Translations under genes and position numbers: made by a program
Shown here: positions 28,350-37,781 of the stretch, in pieces
Layout of the letters: each line of letters begins with the position of its first letter
How positions within the stretch are numbered: the stretch's first letter is position 1
Assembly (NCBI GenBank): GCA_964360335.1
Contig: CAYHVH010000001.1
Span: 23,426 to 87,425 of the forward strand
Length of the DNA: 64,000 nucleotides
From: an uncultured Candidatus Saccharibacteria bacterium
GTDB lineage: Bacteria > Patescibacteriota > Doudnabacteria > UBA920 > 2-01-FULL-46-14
Reading direction: 5' to 3'
Notes under the pieces: generated by a model
What the model was told of the DNA's origin: nothing
The model's input: the letters and a program-made list of their open reading frames with translations, nothing else
Database searches by the model: none

Positions 28350-28709
28350 ATGCTCCCCCGACCCCAGCGCTTAACCAAACCCCGGGAGTACTCCCGGGTT
28401 TATAAAACCGGCCAGCAGATTTCTTCCTCCCACCTTCGGCTGATTTACGAATTTTCCGACCAAAACCTTGCTCGTTTTGGTTTTGTTATTTCCAAAAAGC
28501 AGGTGGCGAAGATTGCCCTGCGCAACCGTCTGAAGCGCATCCTGCGCGCAGAGATCCGCCGCTTCTTGCCGGAACTTATTTCCGGATTTAACGCGGTTAT
28601 TCAGGCCAAGCCGGCAAGTGCTCCCCTCCCCGCCGATCTCTTGCGGCAGGAACTTGCCCAAATTTTAAAAAAAGCCAAACTTTTTAAAAATGACCAGACT
28701 CCTTCTTAA
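28350..28709 (+). CDS. rnpA: Ribonuclease P protein component
   Basis: RFGFVISKK, RNRLKR; between rpmH and yidD. Confidence 0.93.
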   Translation: MLPRPQRLTKPREYSRVYKTGQQISSSHLRLIYEFSDQNLARFGFVISKKQVAKIALRNRLKRILRAEIRRFLPELISGFNAVIQAKPASAPLPADLLRQELAQILKKAKLFKNDQTPS

Positions 28710-28926
28710 GTTTCTTGACCTCTATCAGGCGATTTTGTCTCCGGACCACAGCTTTTGGGCCAAGCACCGGTTTCCCTACGGTTACTGCCGGTTTCATCCG
28801 TCTTGCTCCGAATACGCCAAACAGGCCCTTCGGCAGTACGGTTTGATTCCAGGGGGAATAAAAGCGGTGAGTCGAATCCTTCGCTGCAACCCTTTTATGG
28901 CGGGCGGACACGACCCCCTGAAATAA
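28690..28926 (+). CDS. yidD: Membrane protein insertion efficiency factor YidD
   Basis: CRFHPSCSEY, RILRCNP, GGHDP. Confidence 0.95.
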   Translation: MTRLLLKFLDLYQAILSPDHSFWAKHRFPYGYCRFHPSCSEYAKQALRQYGLIPGGIKAVSRILRCNPFMAGGHDPLK

Positions 28927-28930
28927 TCTT

Positions 28931-29623
28931 ATGGGTGCCTTTTTTCATCTCATCCTTACCCAGCCGCTCCTGAATATCCTGATTTGGTTTTACAATGTTA
29001 TTCCCGTACAGGATATGGGGCTGGCTATTATCGCTTTGACTGTGTTCATCCGTCTGTTACTAATCCCTTCCTTTCAAAAATCTCTGCGCTCCCAGAAAGA
29101 ACTCCAGCAAATCCAGCCGAAACTTGACGAGTTGCGCAGGCAACACAAGGATGACAAAGAAGCGCAAACCAAAGCGATTCTGGAATTCTACAAGCAGCAC
29201 AAAGTCAACCCGTTTTCTTCATGCCTGCCGCTTCTGCTTCAACTTCCTATCCTGATTGCTCTTTACCGCGTGTTTCTCGTGGGGCTCAATGGCAACATCG
29301 CGGGCGACCTTTATTCTTTTATCGGAAATCCAGGGGAGATCAATACCAATTTTCTTGGTCTAATCGATCTCCAAAAAACAAATTTACTTTTTGCATTCTT
29401 GGCCGGCGGTTTCCAGTTTGTGCAGTCGAAAATGATTGCCCCGCCAGCCGGACTGGCCCCCAAAGACAAAACCGCTTCCTTGATGAGCGCCCAATTTACT
29501 TACTTTATGCCGATTTTGACGGTCATCATCGCGATGCGCTTGCCCGCCGGTCTGTCTCTGTATTGGGTGGTGACCACTCTCTTTGCCATTGCGCAGCAGT
29601 ATTATATAATGAAGAAGGGATAG
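28931..29623 (+). CDS. yidC: YidC/Oxa1 membrane protein insertase (short form)
   Basis: GLAII..T..IR, QPK, NP..SCLP.L.Q.PI, PAGLSLYW. Confidence 0.95.
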   Translation: MGAFFHLILTQPLLNILIWFYNVIPVQDMGLAIIALTVFIRLLLIPSFQKSLRSQKELQQIQPKLDELRRQHKDDKEAQTKAILEFYKQHKVNPFSSCLPLLLQLPILIALYRVFLVGLNGNIAGDLYSFIGNPGEINTNFLGLIDLQKTNLLFAFLAGGFQFVQSKMIAPPAGLAPKDKTASLMSAQFTYFMPILTVIIAMRLPAGLSLYWVVTTLFAIAQQYYIMKKG

Positions 29624-29648
29624 ATTACGCAATATAATTTTTAATAGG

Positions 29649-30104
29649 GTGAACCAAGAACAGCAAGAAACAGCGAAGCAAGTGCTGCGGGCTCTCCTAG
29701 ATCATATGGGCGTTGCAGCAGAGATTTTTCCCGAGGTGGTGGACGACACGACCATTTTTAATCTGCGCTCGTCCGACTCGGCAATTCTTATTGGTCAGCA
29801 CGGGGTTAACCTCGGGGCCTTGCAATATATGACGAGAGTCCTGGTCCACAAGCGACTTCCGGAAACTCTACATTTTATTGTGGATGTCGAGGGCTATAAA
29901 AAAAGCCGCGAAGAGTTTTTGCGCGAACTGGCTCGCCAAGCGGCGGCTCGCGTGCGGGATACTAGAGAGAGCCTGCTTTTAAAGCCGATGCTGGCTTATG
30001 AGCGGCGCGTGGTGCACGCGGAAATTTCCAAACTTCCTGATATTGTCACGGAGAGCGTCGGCGAAGAGCCGGAACGGCGGGTTTTGATTAAGCCCAGGGG
30101 CTGA
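29649..30104 (+). CDS. KH + R3H RNA-binding protein (Jag/KhpB family)
   Basis: LIGQHG.NL.ALQ, L.PM..YERRVVH, ES.GEEP.R. Confidence 0.9.
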   Translation: MNQEQQETAKQVLRALLDHMGVAAEIFPEVVDDTTIFNLRSSDSAILIGQHGVNLGALQYMTRVLVHKRLPETLHFIVDVEGYKKSREEFLRELARQAAARVRDTRESLLLKPMLAYERRVVHAEISKLPDIVTESVGEEPERRVLIKPRG

Positions 30105-30115
30105 AGTTCCATTGA

Positions 30116-30147
30116 AACAAAAAGACCGCAATTGCGGTCTTTTTGTT
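30116..30147. terminator. Bidirectional intrinsic terminator
   Basis: AACAAAAAGACCGCAATTGCGGTCTTTTTGTT between convergent genes. Confidence 0.85.
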
Positions 30148-30184
30148 ATCTGATATTTGGCCCGATTTGGCGCAAACCGCGAAG

Positions 30185-31432
30185 CTACGGATTTTCCAGA
30201 AATGTGAGATTCGGCAGAGCATAAATTAGCCAGAACAGGACCGCGAGGTCATTTTTGAAATAGGAAACGTCTACCAGGCCGTGGAGCAAAACTACCCCCA
30301 TACCCGCCGCACTGGCAAGTGCCAGGAAACGCCACCTATTCTGGTGGAGCAAGCCCCGGACATTTTTGTAGAAAAGATACAAAAGCCCCAGCATCGCCAC
30401 CATTCCCACTAGGCCAGTTTCCAGCCAGAAGTTCAGAAAAAAGTTATGCGGGTAATTTTGGACTACTCGGTCGGGGCCCAAAGGGTAGTGGCGGTAATAT
30501 TCGTGAAACCCCATGAGCCCCACCCCATAGATGGGAGATTTTTTCAGCATATCCTGCGCCGCCCGCCACAACACCAGGCGGTTTTGTTGGGAGGGATCAG
30601 TACCAGAGGTTAGCTCCAGGAGTTTATTACGGGAGTAAGGAATAATTACTACCAACAGGGCAATCAGCACTACCCCCGCCAAGATTTTTTTTCGGTGTTC
30701 GGTGAGCAAACCCAAGGCCAAGATTGCAAGCGCCAAAGCCAGCCAGGCCGCGCGGGAGAAAGAAAGATAAAGAGCGATCAGGCCCAGCGCCAGGGTAAGC
30801 CATTGCCATCGGGTTTTCCGCGGCAGCATCAAGAGTAGGGCCAGGACCGGGCCCAAGAGCAGGGCTAAAGCATTGGGATGGTTTAGCAGAGAAGTAATCC
30901 TTCGGGAAGCGACATGCACCGCCCACCAGGAAAAGGGAAGATTGGCGAGGGTGATAAATTGGTAGATGCCAAAAAGCGAAAGATAAAGCGTCAGCAAAGC
31001 GAGGCTCCGCCATATTCCGTTCAGCCTCTGTTCGTTATTGATGATGAGTCGGAAGAGAAAATAAAAAAGGACGGCCTCCAAAAAAAAGGCTTTGAAAATC
31101 CCCGCCCCCTTCAGGGGTACCGGAGAAACAAATACGGAAACAAAAGCCGCCAGGAGAAAAAAAACAATCAGGAGATTTTGGGATAATTGGTTAGCGGTTA
31201 ATTTTTGCCAAGCCTTCCCTAGCCCCCGGTTTTTGATTAAAAAAAACAATTCTACGCCACCAAGGACTAAAATCATCCCTTCGAGAAAAGTCATGGGAAC
31301 AGGACCTAAAGCAAACCGGATTTGGTAGCTCGGGAGCAACAAAATAATGAGGTAAATACCCCACTCCCGACGGAGACTGGTTAACAGAACAAAAAAACCA
31401 AAACCCAGAAAAATCAGGAAATAATTAGTCAC
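30185..31432 (-). CDS. O-antigen ligase (Wzy_C) family membrane protein
   Basis: HPN.LA, SFSRAAW, R..LW, P.YGVG, YPHN. Confidence 0.85.
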   Translation of the reverse strand: MTNYFLIFLGFGFFVLLTSLRREWGIYLIILLLPSYQIRFALGPVPMTFLEGMILVLGGVELFFLIKNRGLGKAWQKLTANQLSQNLLIVFFLLAAFVSVFVSPVPLKGAGIFKAFFLEAVLFYFLFRLIINNEQRLNGIWRSLALLTLYLSLFGIYQFITLANLPFSWWAVHVASRRITSLLNHPNALALLLGPVLALLLMLPRKTRWQWLTLALGLIALYLSFSRAAWLALALAILALGLLTEHRKKILAGVVLIALLVVIIPYSRNKLLELTSGTDPSQQNRLVLWRAAQDMLKKSPIYGVGLMGFHEYYRHYPLGPDRVVQNYPHNFFLNFWLETGLVGMVAMLGLLYLFYKNVRGLLHQNRWRFLALASAAGMGVVLLHGLVDVSYFKNDLAVLFWLIYALPNLTFLENP

Positions 31433-34257
31433 GGAATTTTCACGGTTACTTGATTACTGGTTTGCGCGCCAATTCGGCCGTATATGGCGTAGCTGCCGGC
31501 AGGGGGTTTTTCGGTTTCCGCCCAATTGAGAGTGTAGTAAAATACTTGGCCGAGCTGCTGTTTGGCGGTTTTGCCCATAATCGCCAGGTCTTTGCCGGTC
31601 GCGGTCTGGGCAAAAAACTGGACATTTTCCGCAGCAAGATCAATGTTGGATTCCAGAACCACGTTCGTCGGGAAATTTAATTGTTGGGTGTCCTGCGGGG
31701 CAATCAGAACGAGCTTTTCGCCTAAGGAAAACTCGGTCACCACAATCTTTTGGCTGGTTTTGTTGTTTTTGGTTCGCCCCACGACCGTGAATTGGTGCCG
31801 GCCATCGACGCGGCTAAGATTACCGGTATATTCCCAAACCCCGCTATTGTTACTGGCTAGAAAAAAATTATCCAAAAACAGCTGGACTTCGGCAATTTCT
31901 TCCGGAGGCCGAATCTCGATCTTGACGCGCCATGGTAAAGCTTTGATTTTGTCGGGAACGCTAATTTTCAAGTCTAGGTTTTGGTCGGGTTTATCATCCG
32001 GTTCGGCAGGCAGATAAGTATAACCCTGAGCGAGGGCCCAGTCTCGCACCGGGTTTTCCCAGTTTGGCTCATTTGGTTTTTCAGAATGAAAGATCGTAAG
32101 TCCGCCGGGGAGGTGGGAGTCGTCAGACTCGCTGGGGATGTTGAAACTTGTGAAAACATCGACTTTCGTGGTCGGGGTAAAGGCCGTTGGGAGCTTGCCG
32201 GAAAAACTATCTACTTCTGCCTCAATTATTCCCTCGGGCCGGAGAAATTCTTCTACGGGTTTACCCTCGAGGGCCCGACGCATAAATTCATTCCAGATGG
32301 GAGCGGCAACCACCAAGCCGTCGGCTCCTTTTTTCATCTCCGTATTTTTATTGTTCCCCACCCACACCCCACTAACCAGACTGGGGGTGTAGCCGACGGT
32401 CCAGGCGTCGCGAAACTCTTGGGTTGTGCCGGTTTTGGCTGCCACGGGACGATCCGGCAGCGTCAGTTTGTTGTTGATATTTGAAAACAAGAGACTCCGA
32501 GCCTGCTTGTCGGAGAGCACGTGATTGATTTGGTAGGCAATTCGGGGATCCAAAACCTCCCGGCCGCTTAGGGCTTGCCACTCCTCCAAAACCTTGGCGC
32601 CTCGGCCCTCGACCTTGAGAATGGCCACGGGATCCTGCTTGACCCCGAGGTTGGCAAAGACCCCGTAAGCGCTCGCGTGTTCGAGAAGCTTGACTTCTCC
32701 GCCGCCCAAGACCAGAGAGGGGCCATAACGGGAACGATCTTGGAGGGTAGTAATTCCCATGGCCTCGGCCGTGTCAATTGCCTCTTCAACTCCAATGAGA
32801 ATTAAAGTTTTGACCGCCGGAATATTGAGCGAGTTTTGCAAAGCCTGTCTGATGGAAACCGGTCCGCGTTCTTTTCCATCGTAGTCCGTCGGAACATATT
32901 CTTTGCCGCCGAATTCCCCGAAATTGGTGATCACGTCCAGGAGCATCGTGGCCGGATTCATCCCCTTTTTAAAAGCCGTGGCGTAAACATATGGTTTAAA
33001 GGATGAGCCGGGTTGGCGGGGGCGCAGGACGACATTTACCGCCCCGTCGTGCTCTTCATTAAAGTAGTCGCGGCTGCCGACCATGGCCAGAATTTGGCCG
33101 GTCTTGGGATCAAGAGCGACGAGCGCGGCATTGCCGGCATCGTAGTTTTTTTCGTTTAAAGGGACTTGTTTGGCGATGATTTCTTCGGCCAGAGTCTGAA
33201 GCGTTAAATCCAGAGTGGTCGTAACTTTCAGCCCCCCTTCCTGGAGACTGATTTCTCCATACCTCTGGGCCAGCAAATCTTGGACATAGAGGACAAAGTG
33301 GGGGGCGAGAATCCCCCGACCGATGACGCGGAACTCAATATTTTGGTTTTGCGCCCGGTTTCTTTCTTCCTTTGTGAGATATCCTTGTTCGAACATCAGT
33401 TGCAGCACGGTGTCGGCCCGGGCATCCAGTTCCTCCCGCCGCGGTCCGTAGGGCGAGTAGTAGGTCGGCCCTTTCGGCAGGGCGGCGAGGTAGGCCGATT
33501 CCACGAGGGCCAGGTCTTTGGCAGACTTGCCGAAAAAAGTTTGGCTGGCCGCTTCTATGCCGTAGGCGTTGGAACCGTAGGGGATTTCGTTGAAAAACAG
33601 TTGCAAAATTTCTTCTTTGGAGTATTTTCGTTCGATCTGCAGTGATAAGCTGATTTCCTTGAACTTTCGGGCAAAAGTTTTTTCGCGGGTTAGGACCGCG
33701 TTGCGGACAAACAGTTGGGTAATCGTGCTACCCCCTTGACGGAGACTCCCGCTGAAAATATTGACCAGAGCGGCGCGGACAATGCCCGTCAGGCTAATGC
33801 CGCCGTGCTTGTAAAAATTTTTGTCTTCGATGGCGATAATGGCCTGTTTGGTGTGTTCAGGTATCTGGTCGAGGGGGATGAGAGTTCGCTTCGCTTCTCC
33901 GTGGATTTCATAGAGGAGCTTGCCGTTCCGGTCAAAAATTTTAGTGGACTCGGCCACCTCCCGGGTACTCAAGAGCTTGTTGGGATCGGGGAGTCGGAAG
34001 GAATAGTAAATAAACAATAACCCGAAGAAAATGAAAGCCAGGAGGGCGAGGAAGGCGCCCAGCGCGATAATTTTTTTCCAGAAACCGCGCTTCAGGAAAA
34101 ACCATCGCAGGATGTTGAGGACGATCGAAAAAAAACCGCCCAGGGCCTTGAAAAACTTTCCGCTGCTGCTGGTCGAAGAGGGCCGCCGCCGCTCCAGTTT
34201 TTGGAAGTAGGGAGAGCGGGAGGAAGAGCTTTTCCATCCCCGACTATAGTCTATCAT
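31429..34257 (-). CDS. Class A penicillin-binding protein (PBP1A family)
   Basis: EDKNFY.H, GGSTITQ, PGSSFKP, SLN, KTGT. Confidence 0.95.
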   Translation of the reverse strand: MIDYSRGWKSSSSRSPYFQKLERRRPSSTSSSGKFFKALGGFFSIVLNILRWFFLKRGFWKKIIALGAFLALLAFIFFGLLFIYYSFRLPDPNKLLSTREVAESTKIFDRNGKLLYEIHGEAKRTLIPLDQIPEHTKQAIIAIEDKNFYKHGGISLTGIVRAALVNIFSGSLRQGGSTITQLFVRNAVLTREKTFARKFKEISLSLQIERKYSKEEILQLFFNEIPYGSNAYGIEAASQTFFGKSAKDLALVESAYLAALPKGPTYYSPYGPRREELDARADTVLQLMFEQGYLTKEERNRAQNQNIEFRVIGRGILAPHFVLYVQDLLAQRYGEISLQEGGLKVTTTLDLTLQTLAEEIIAKQVPLNEKNYDAGNAALVALDPKTGQILAMVGSRDYFNEEHDGAVNVVLRPRQPGSSFKPYVYATAFKKGMNPATMLLDVITNFGEFGGKEYVPTDYDGKERGPVSIRQALQNSLNIPAVKTLILIGVEEAIDTAEAMGITTLQDRSRYGPSLVLGGGEVKLLEHASAYGVFANLGVKQDPVAILKVEGRGAKVLEEWQALSGREVLDPRIAYQINHVLSDKQARSLLFSNINNKLTLPDRPVAAKTGTTQEFRDAWTVGYTPSLVSGVWVGNNKNTEMKKGADGLVVAAPIWNEFMRRALEGKPVEEFLRPEGIIEAEVDSFSGKLPTAFTPTTKVDVFTSFNIPSESDDSHLPGGLTIFHSEKPNEPNWENPVRDWALAQGYTYLPAEPDDKPDQNLDLKISVPDKIKALPWRVKIEIRPPEEIAEVQLFLDNFFLASNNSGVWEYTGNLSRVDGRHQFTVVGRTKNNKTSQKIVVTEFSLGEKLVLIAPQDTQQLNFPTNVVLESNIDLAAENVQFFAQTATGKDLAIMGKTAKQQLGQVFYYTLNWAETEKPPAGSYAIYGRIGAQTSNQVTVKIP

Positions 34258-34295
34258 GTAGGTAATTATACAATGTTCATGGTATAATTTGAAGC

Positions 34296-35459
34296 ATGAA
34301 ACTTGAGACGCTTTTAACCCGGCGGGTAACGGAAGTTATTGATAAAAAACATTTGACCGAGGCCTTACGCTCTGGCCGAAAGCTCCGGGTGAAATTGGGG
34401 ATTGACCCCAACCGCCGAGAGTTGCATTTAGGTCACGCGGTAACCCTTTGGAAACTTCGGGAGTTTCAGGAAGCAGGGCACCGGGCCGTTTTTGTTATTG
34501 GCGATTGGACGGCCCGGATTGGGGATCCTTCCGGTAAAGATAAAACCCGCCCCGCCCTTCCGGAAAAGGAGATTACTGTAAATACCAAAGAATTTTTTAA
34601 GCAAGCCCATTTGATCTTGGACAAAGGGAAAACCGAAATCCATTTGCAAAGCGAGTGGTTTGACAAGTTCGGTCTCAGTGATGTGATTCGTCTTTCCTCG
34701 CTCGTTACCGAAAAGCAAATTTTGGCTCATGAAACTTTTCGTGAAAGAATCAAAAAAGATTTACCGTTTTTTCACCACGAAACCATTTATCCGTTGCTGC
34801 AGGGTTACGATTCGGTAGCAGTGAGAGCAGATGTGGAACTGGGGGCCATGGAGCAAAAATTTAATCTCTTGATGGGCCGGACCATCCAGCGTGCCTATGG
34901 CCAAAAACCACAGGACGTGATGATGCTCCAGTACTTGATCGGCTTGGATGGAAAAGAAAAAATGAGCAAGTCTTTGGGCAACTTTATTGCTTTGACCGAT
35001 TCGGCGGATGAGATGTTTGGGAAAATAATGTCTTTGCCGGATAATTTGATAATGCAGTACTTTGAATTGGCAACGGAAGTGCCGAAGCAAGCGATTAAAG
35101 AGATAACCACAACGCATCCTCGAGAACAGAAAATCCGACTAGCCAAAGAAATTGTTTCAATCTACCATGGCAGGAAAATGGCTCAAGCGGCGGTTGAGGC
35201 GTTTGAAACCAAATTCGGGAAGGCCGGGAAAGGTAAAGTCAAGGCCGACTTCGAACTGAAAAAGAAACCTGGAATCTACGCAGTTATTGATATTTTGCTG
35301 GAAGGCAAACTCGCCTCTTCCAAATCCGAAGCGAGGCGCAAAATCAAAGAAGGCGCAGTGGAGGTTGACGGCGTGAGAGTAAAAAACGAAAAAGCCCTGG
35401 TAAAAATTACCAAGGGCTCGTTGATCAGATTGGGTAAACGGTTTGTGCGTATTACGTAA
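34296..35459 (+). CDS. tyrS: Tyrosine--tRNA ligase
   Basis: GIDP...LHLGH, YPLLQGYD, KMSKS, C-terminal S4 domain. Confidence 0.96.
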   Translation: MKLETLLTRRVTEVIDKKHLTEALRSGRKLRVKLGIDPNRRELHLGHAVTLWKLREFQEAGHRAVFVIGDWTARIGDPSGKDKTRPALPEKEITVNTKEFFKQAHLILDKGKTEIHLQSEWFDKFGLSDVIRLSSLVTEKQILAHETFRERIKKDLPFFHHETIYPLLQGYDSVAVRADVELGAMEQKFNLLMGRTIQRAYGQKPQDVMMLQYLIGLDGKEKMSKSLGNFIALTDSADEMFGKIMSLPDNLIMQYFELATEVPKQAIKEITTTHPREQKIRLAKEIVSIYHGRKMAQAAVEAFETKFGKAGKGKVKADFELKKKPGIYAVIDILLEGKLASSKSEARRKIKEGAVEVDGVRVKNEKALVKITKGSLIRLGKRFVRIT

Positions 35460-35465
35460 TTTCTT

Positions 35466-35768
35466 TTGATGAAGTTTTTGGCAATTAGTCTGTTAATATT
35501 GGCGGCGGTTGTAATTCTTTTGGAATTTTTTTATCTTTATGTTCAAATACCAGGAACGCAATGCAAAGGCACGATTTGCCCCTTAATTGTTTTCCAGCGG
35601 TTAATTCCGTATTGGTTACCTTGGTTGAATACAATATTTTGGGCAGGTTCTCTAGTAATGACGTTTCAAAAGCGGTATAAAACGAGCATTACCCTGAGTA
35701 TTCTGGTCATTTTGGTGGGCATGTCCTTAGCATCCATGGGCAAAAAAGGAGCATTTGATTATTATTAG
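35466..35768 (+). CDS. Hypothetical membrane protein (3 TM)
   Basis: Hydrophobic AT-rich ORF after tyrS. Confidence 0.6.
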   Translation: MMKFLAISLLILAAVVILLEFFYLYVQIPGTQCKGTICPLIVFQRLIPYWLPWLNTIFWAGSLVMTFQKRYKTSITLSILVILVGMSLASMGKKGAFDYY

Positions 35769-36283
35769 ACTGATTTTCCGGCGGCGCAGATCGCCACTGC
35801 CAAAGCATCGGCGGCGTCGTCGGGCTTAGGGTAAGTTTTAAGTTTCAAAAGCTGTTTGACCATGTATTGCACTTGTTTTTTGTCGGCCTTGCCGTAACCG
35901 GTAAGGGAATTTTTTACTTGGAGGGGCGTGAATTCTTTGAGAACGAGTTTGTGTTGCTGCCCACAAAGGAGCACGATGCCTCGGGCTTGGGCGACGGAAA
36001 TGGCCGTTTTTACATTGCTGTAGAAAAATACCGACTCCACCGCGAGGACCTGGGGTCGGTATTTCTTGATAAGTTTGGTTAAATCGCGATGGATTTCCAG
36101 GAGGCGGGCCGGCGCCGGTAGCTTTTTGTCCGTAAGAATGCAGCCGTATTCCAGAAGCTTAATGCCATGATTCGACCTCTCCCTTATTCCCTCCCCACGC
36201 CTGGGGAGGGAGGATAAAGAAGGGGCGTCAATTATTCCGTAGCCGGTGGTGGCAGTTCCGGGATCGATGCCGAGTATCTTCAT
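35765..36283 (-). CDS. ruvC: Crossover junction endodeoxyribonuclease RuvC with in-frame insertion
   Basis: ILGIDPG, AVE..F, QARG, TP.QVK, GYG.A.K.Q, DD.ADALA. Confidence 0.96.
   Translation of the reverse strand: MKILGIDPGTATTGYGIIDAPSLSSLPRRGEGIRERSNHGIKLLEYGCILTDKKLPAPARLLEIHRDLTKLIKKYRPQVLAVESVFFYSNVKTAISVAQARGIVLLCGQQHKLVLKEFTPLQVKNSLTGYGKADKKQVQYMVKQLLKLKTYPKPDDAADALAVAICAAGKSV
36173..36213. repeat. boxC-like unit in frame in ruvC
   Basis: CGACCTCTCCCTTATTCCCTCCCCACGCCTGGGGAGGGAGG; hairpin CCCTCCCCACGCCTGGGGAGGG same as femABX copy. Confidence 0.92.
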
Positions 36284-36415
36284 AAAGTTCTAAATCCTAA
36301 GTTCAAAATTAGAAACAATACCTAAATTTTAAATCACAAATTCTAAATGGTTTGGAATTTTGAATTTCGGTCATTGAAATTTGTTTAGAATTTAGGGTTT
36401 AGTATTTCGGATTTG
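36284..36415. repeat. AT-rich 7-nt-periodic imperfect inverted repeat
   Basis: TAAATCC TAAGTTC.. units followed by complementary GGAATTT TGAATTT..GGTTTAG; half copy at 9319-9372. Confidence 0.7.
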
Positions 36416-36421
36416 CGCGAA

Positions 36422-37138
36422 TCAAAGATTTGCGCTGGTATGAACGGCAATCACGTCGTCATCGTTTTCCAGGTCAGCAAGCAGCGCCTCGATCTTCGCC
36501 CGCTGTTCAGGAGCCAAATCCACTCCTAGGCTGCTTTCTTTGATAATCTCGGCTTGGGCGATTTTTGCCCCCGCGGCCAGGAGCACTTGTTTGACTTTGT
36601 CCAAATCCAGAGGCAAAGTGTAAACTTCTAGTCCTTCGGCGGATTCCCGGACATCCTCTGCTCCGGCGTCAATAGCCATGAGTTCCAGGTCGGAAAGGTC
36701 AGGGCGGTCCCGTTCCACCAAAATCTGGCCGCGGGTCGTGAATTGCCAAGCCACCGAGCCCGGGCTACCCAAGCGTCCGCCGTGTGCTTCAAAGAAGTGT
36801 TTAATGTCGCTCGTGGTTCGATTTTTGTTGTCCGTAGCTGCTTCGATTAAGAAGGCGGTGCCGTAGGGCCCATACCCTTCGTATACCATGTCCTCGATCT
36901 GTCCTTCCAGGAGCGAGCCTTCACCCCGCTTGATTGCCCGCTCGATCACGTCCTTGGGCACCTCGGCGTCTTTGGCCCGATCCAAAACCAGCCGGAGCTT
37001 GAAATTCATTCCCGGATCGCCGCCGCCTTTTGCGGCAATCGTGATTTCGCGGGATAATTTGGAAAAAATCTGCCCCTTCTTTTTATCAACAATCGCTTTC
37101 TGTCTTTTGATTTGCGCCCACTTGCTATGCCCCGACAT
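36422..37138 (-). CDS. YebC/PmpR family protein
   Basis: MSGHSKWAQIK, YEGYGP, TDNKNRT, DDDV. Confidence 0.95.
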   Translation of the reverse strand: MSGHSKWAQIKRQKAIVDKKKGQIFSKLSREITIAAKGGGDPGMNFKLRLVLDRAKDAEVPKDVIERAIKRGEGSLLEGQIEDMVYEGYGPYGTAFLIEAATDNKNRTTSDIKHFFEAHGGRLGSPGSVAWQFTTRGQILVERDRPDLSDLELMAIDAGAEDVRESAEGLEVYTLPLDLDKVKQVLLAAGAKIAQAEIIKESSLGVDLAPEQRAKIEALLADLENDDDVIAVHTSANL

Positions 37139-37162
37139 ATCGGAGTTATGAATAATTAAGCA

Positions 37163-37573
37163 TCAGGAATCACGGATGATTTTTATCCAGACCTTGCGGG
37201 AGCGCGGTCCGTCCATTTCCAGAAGCATGATAGACTGCCAGGTGCCAAGCTCAAGCTGACCGTCTCGGACGATGAAACCCCGGGAGTTTCCCGACAGGGC
37301 CGCGACGATGTGGGCTGCAGCGTTGCCTTCGTCGGCGTCGTGAGCAAAGCCGCCAAAGTTCCAAGATTTTTCTTTAAGGGTTTTTATCACCTGCAGAATG
37401 TCGTTTTTGAGGCGAGCTTCGTCTTCATTGCAAATAATCCCGGCGGTGGTGTGAGGAATGAACACCAGGGCATAGCCCGACTTGATTTTTGATTCCGCCA
37501 CCAGCCGGTTGATTTGGTCGGTAATGTTGACCAATTCGAATTTGGCTTTCGTGTTTGCTGTAAAAGAATACAT
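37163..37573 (-). CDS. YjbQ (UPF0047) family protein
   Basis: PHTTAG, NE, H..EGNA.AH, LGTWQ, E.DGPR. Confidence 0.9.
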   Translation of the reverse strand: MYSFTANTKAKFELVNITDQINRLVAESKIKSGYALVFIPHTTAGIICNEDEARLKNDILQVIKTLKEKSWNFGGFAHDADEGNAAAHIVAALSGNSRGFIVRDGQLELGTWQSIMLLEMDGPRSRKVWIKIIRDS

Positions 37574-37597
37574 GTCGAGTACATCGGTATTATATAC

Positions 37598-37625
37598 CAA
37601 AACCCCGTCGCGCGACGGGGTTTTG
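37598..37625. terminator. Intrinsic terminator
   Basis: CAAAACCCCGTCGCGCGACGGGGTTTTG, downstream of small ORF on minus strand. Confidence 0.8.
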
Positions 37626-37638
37626 CAGATTTAGGTGA

Positions 37639-37764
37639 TTATTGTTCGCCGCTTTCTTGTTCTTCTCCACCTCCGGCCTCGGAATGTTTGCCCACATCGT
37701 GACCATTGAGATCGTTCGGATCATCACTCACGTTATCAGCATTGCACATGGGACAAGTTGCCAT
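37639..37764 (-). CDS. 41-aa acidic CxxC/His microprotein (not in ORF track)
   Basis: MATCPMCNADNVSDDPNDLNGHDVGKHSEAGGGEEQESGEQ; purine-rich SD upstream, terminator downstream. Confidence 0.65.
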   Translation of the reverse strand: MATCPMCNADNVSDDPNDLNGHDVGKHSEAGGGEEQESGEQ

Positions 37765-37781
37765 TATTCTCCACCCCCTTT

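Noticed and set aside
34258-34295. T-box upstream of tyrS
   Set aside because: Intergenic space is only 38 bp
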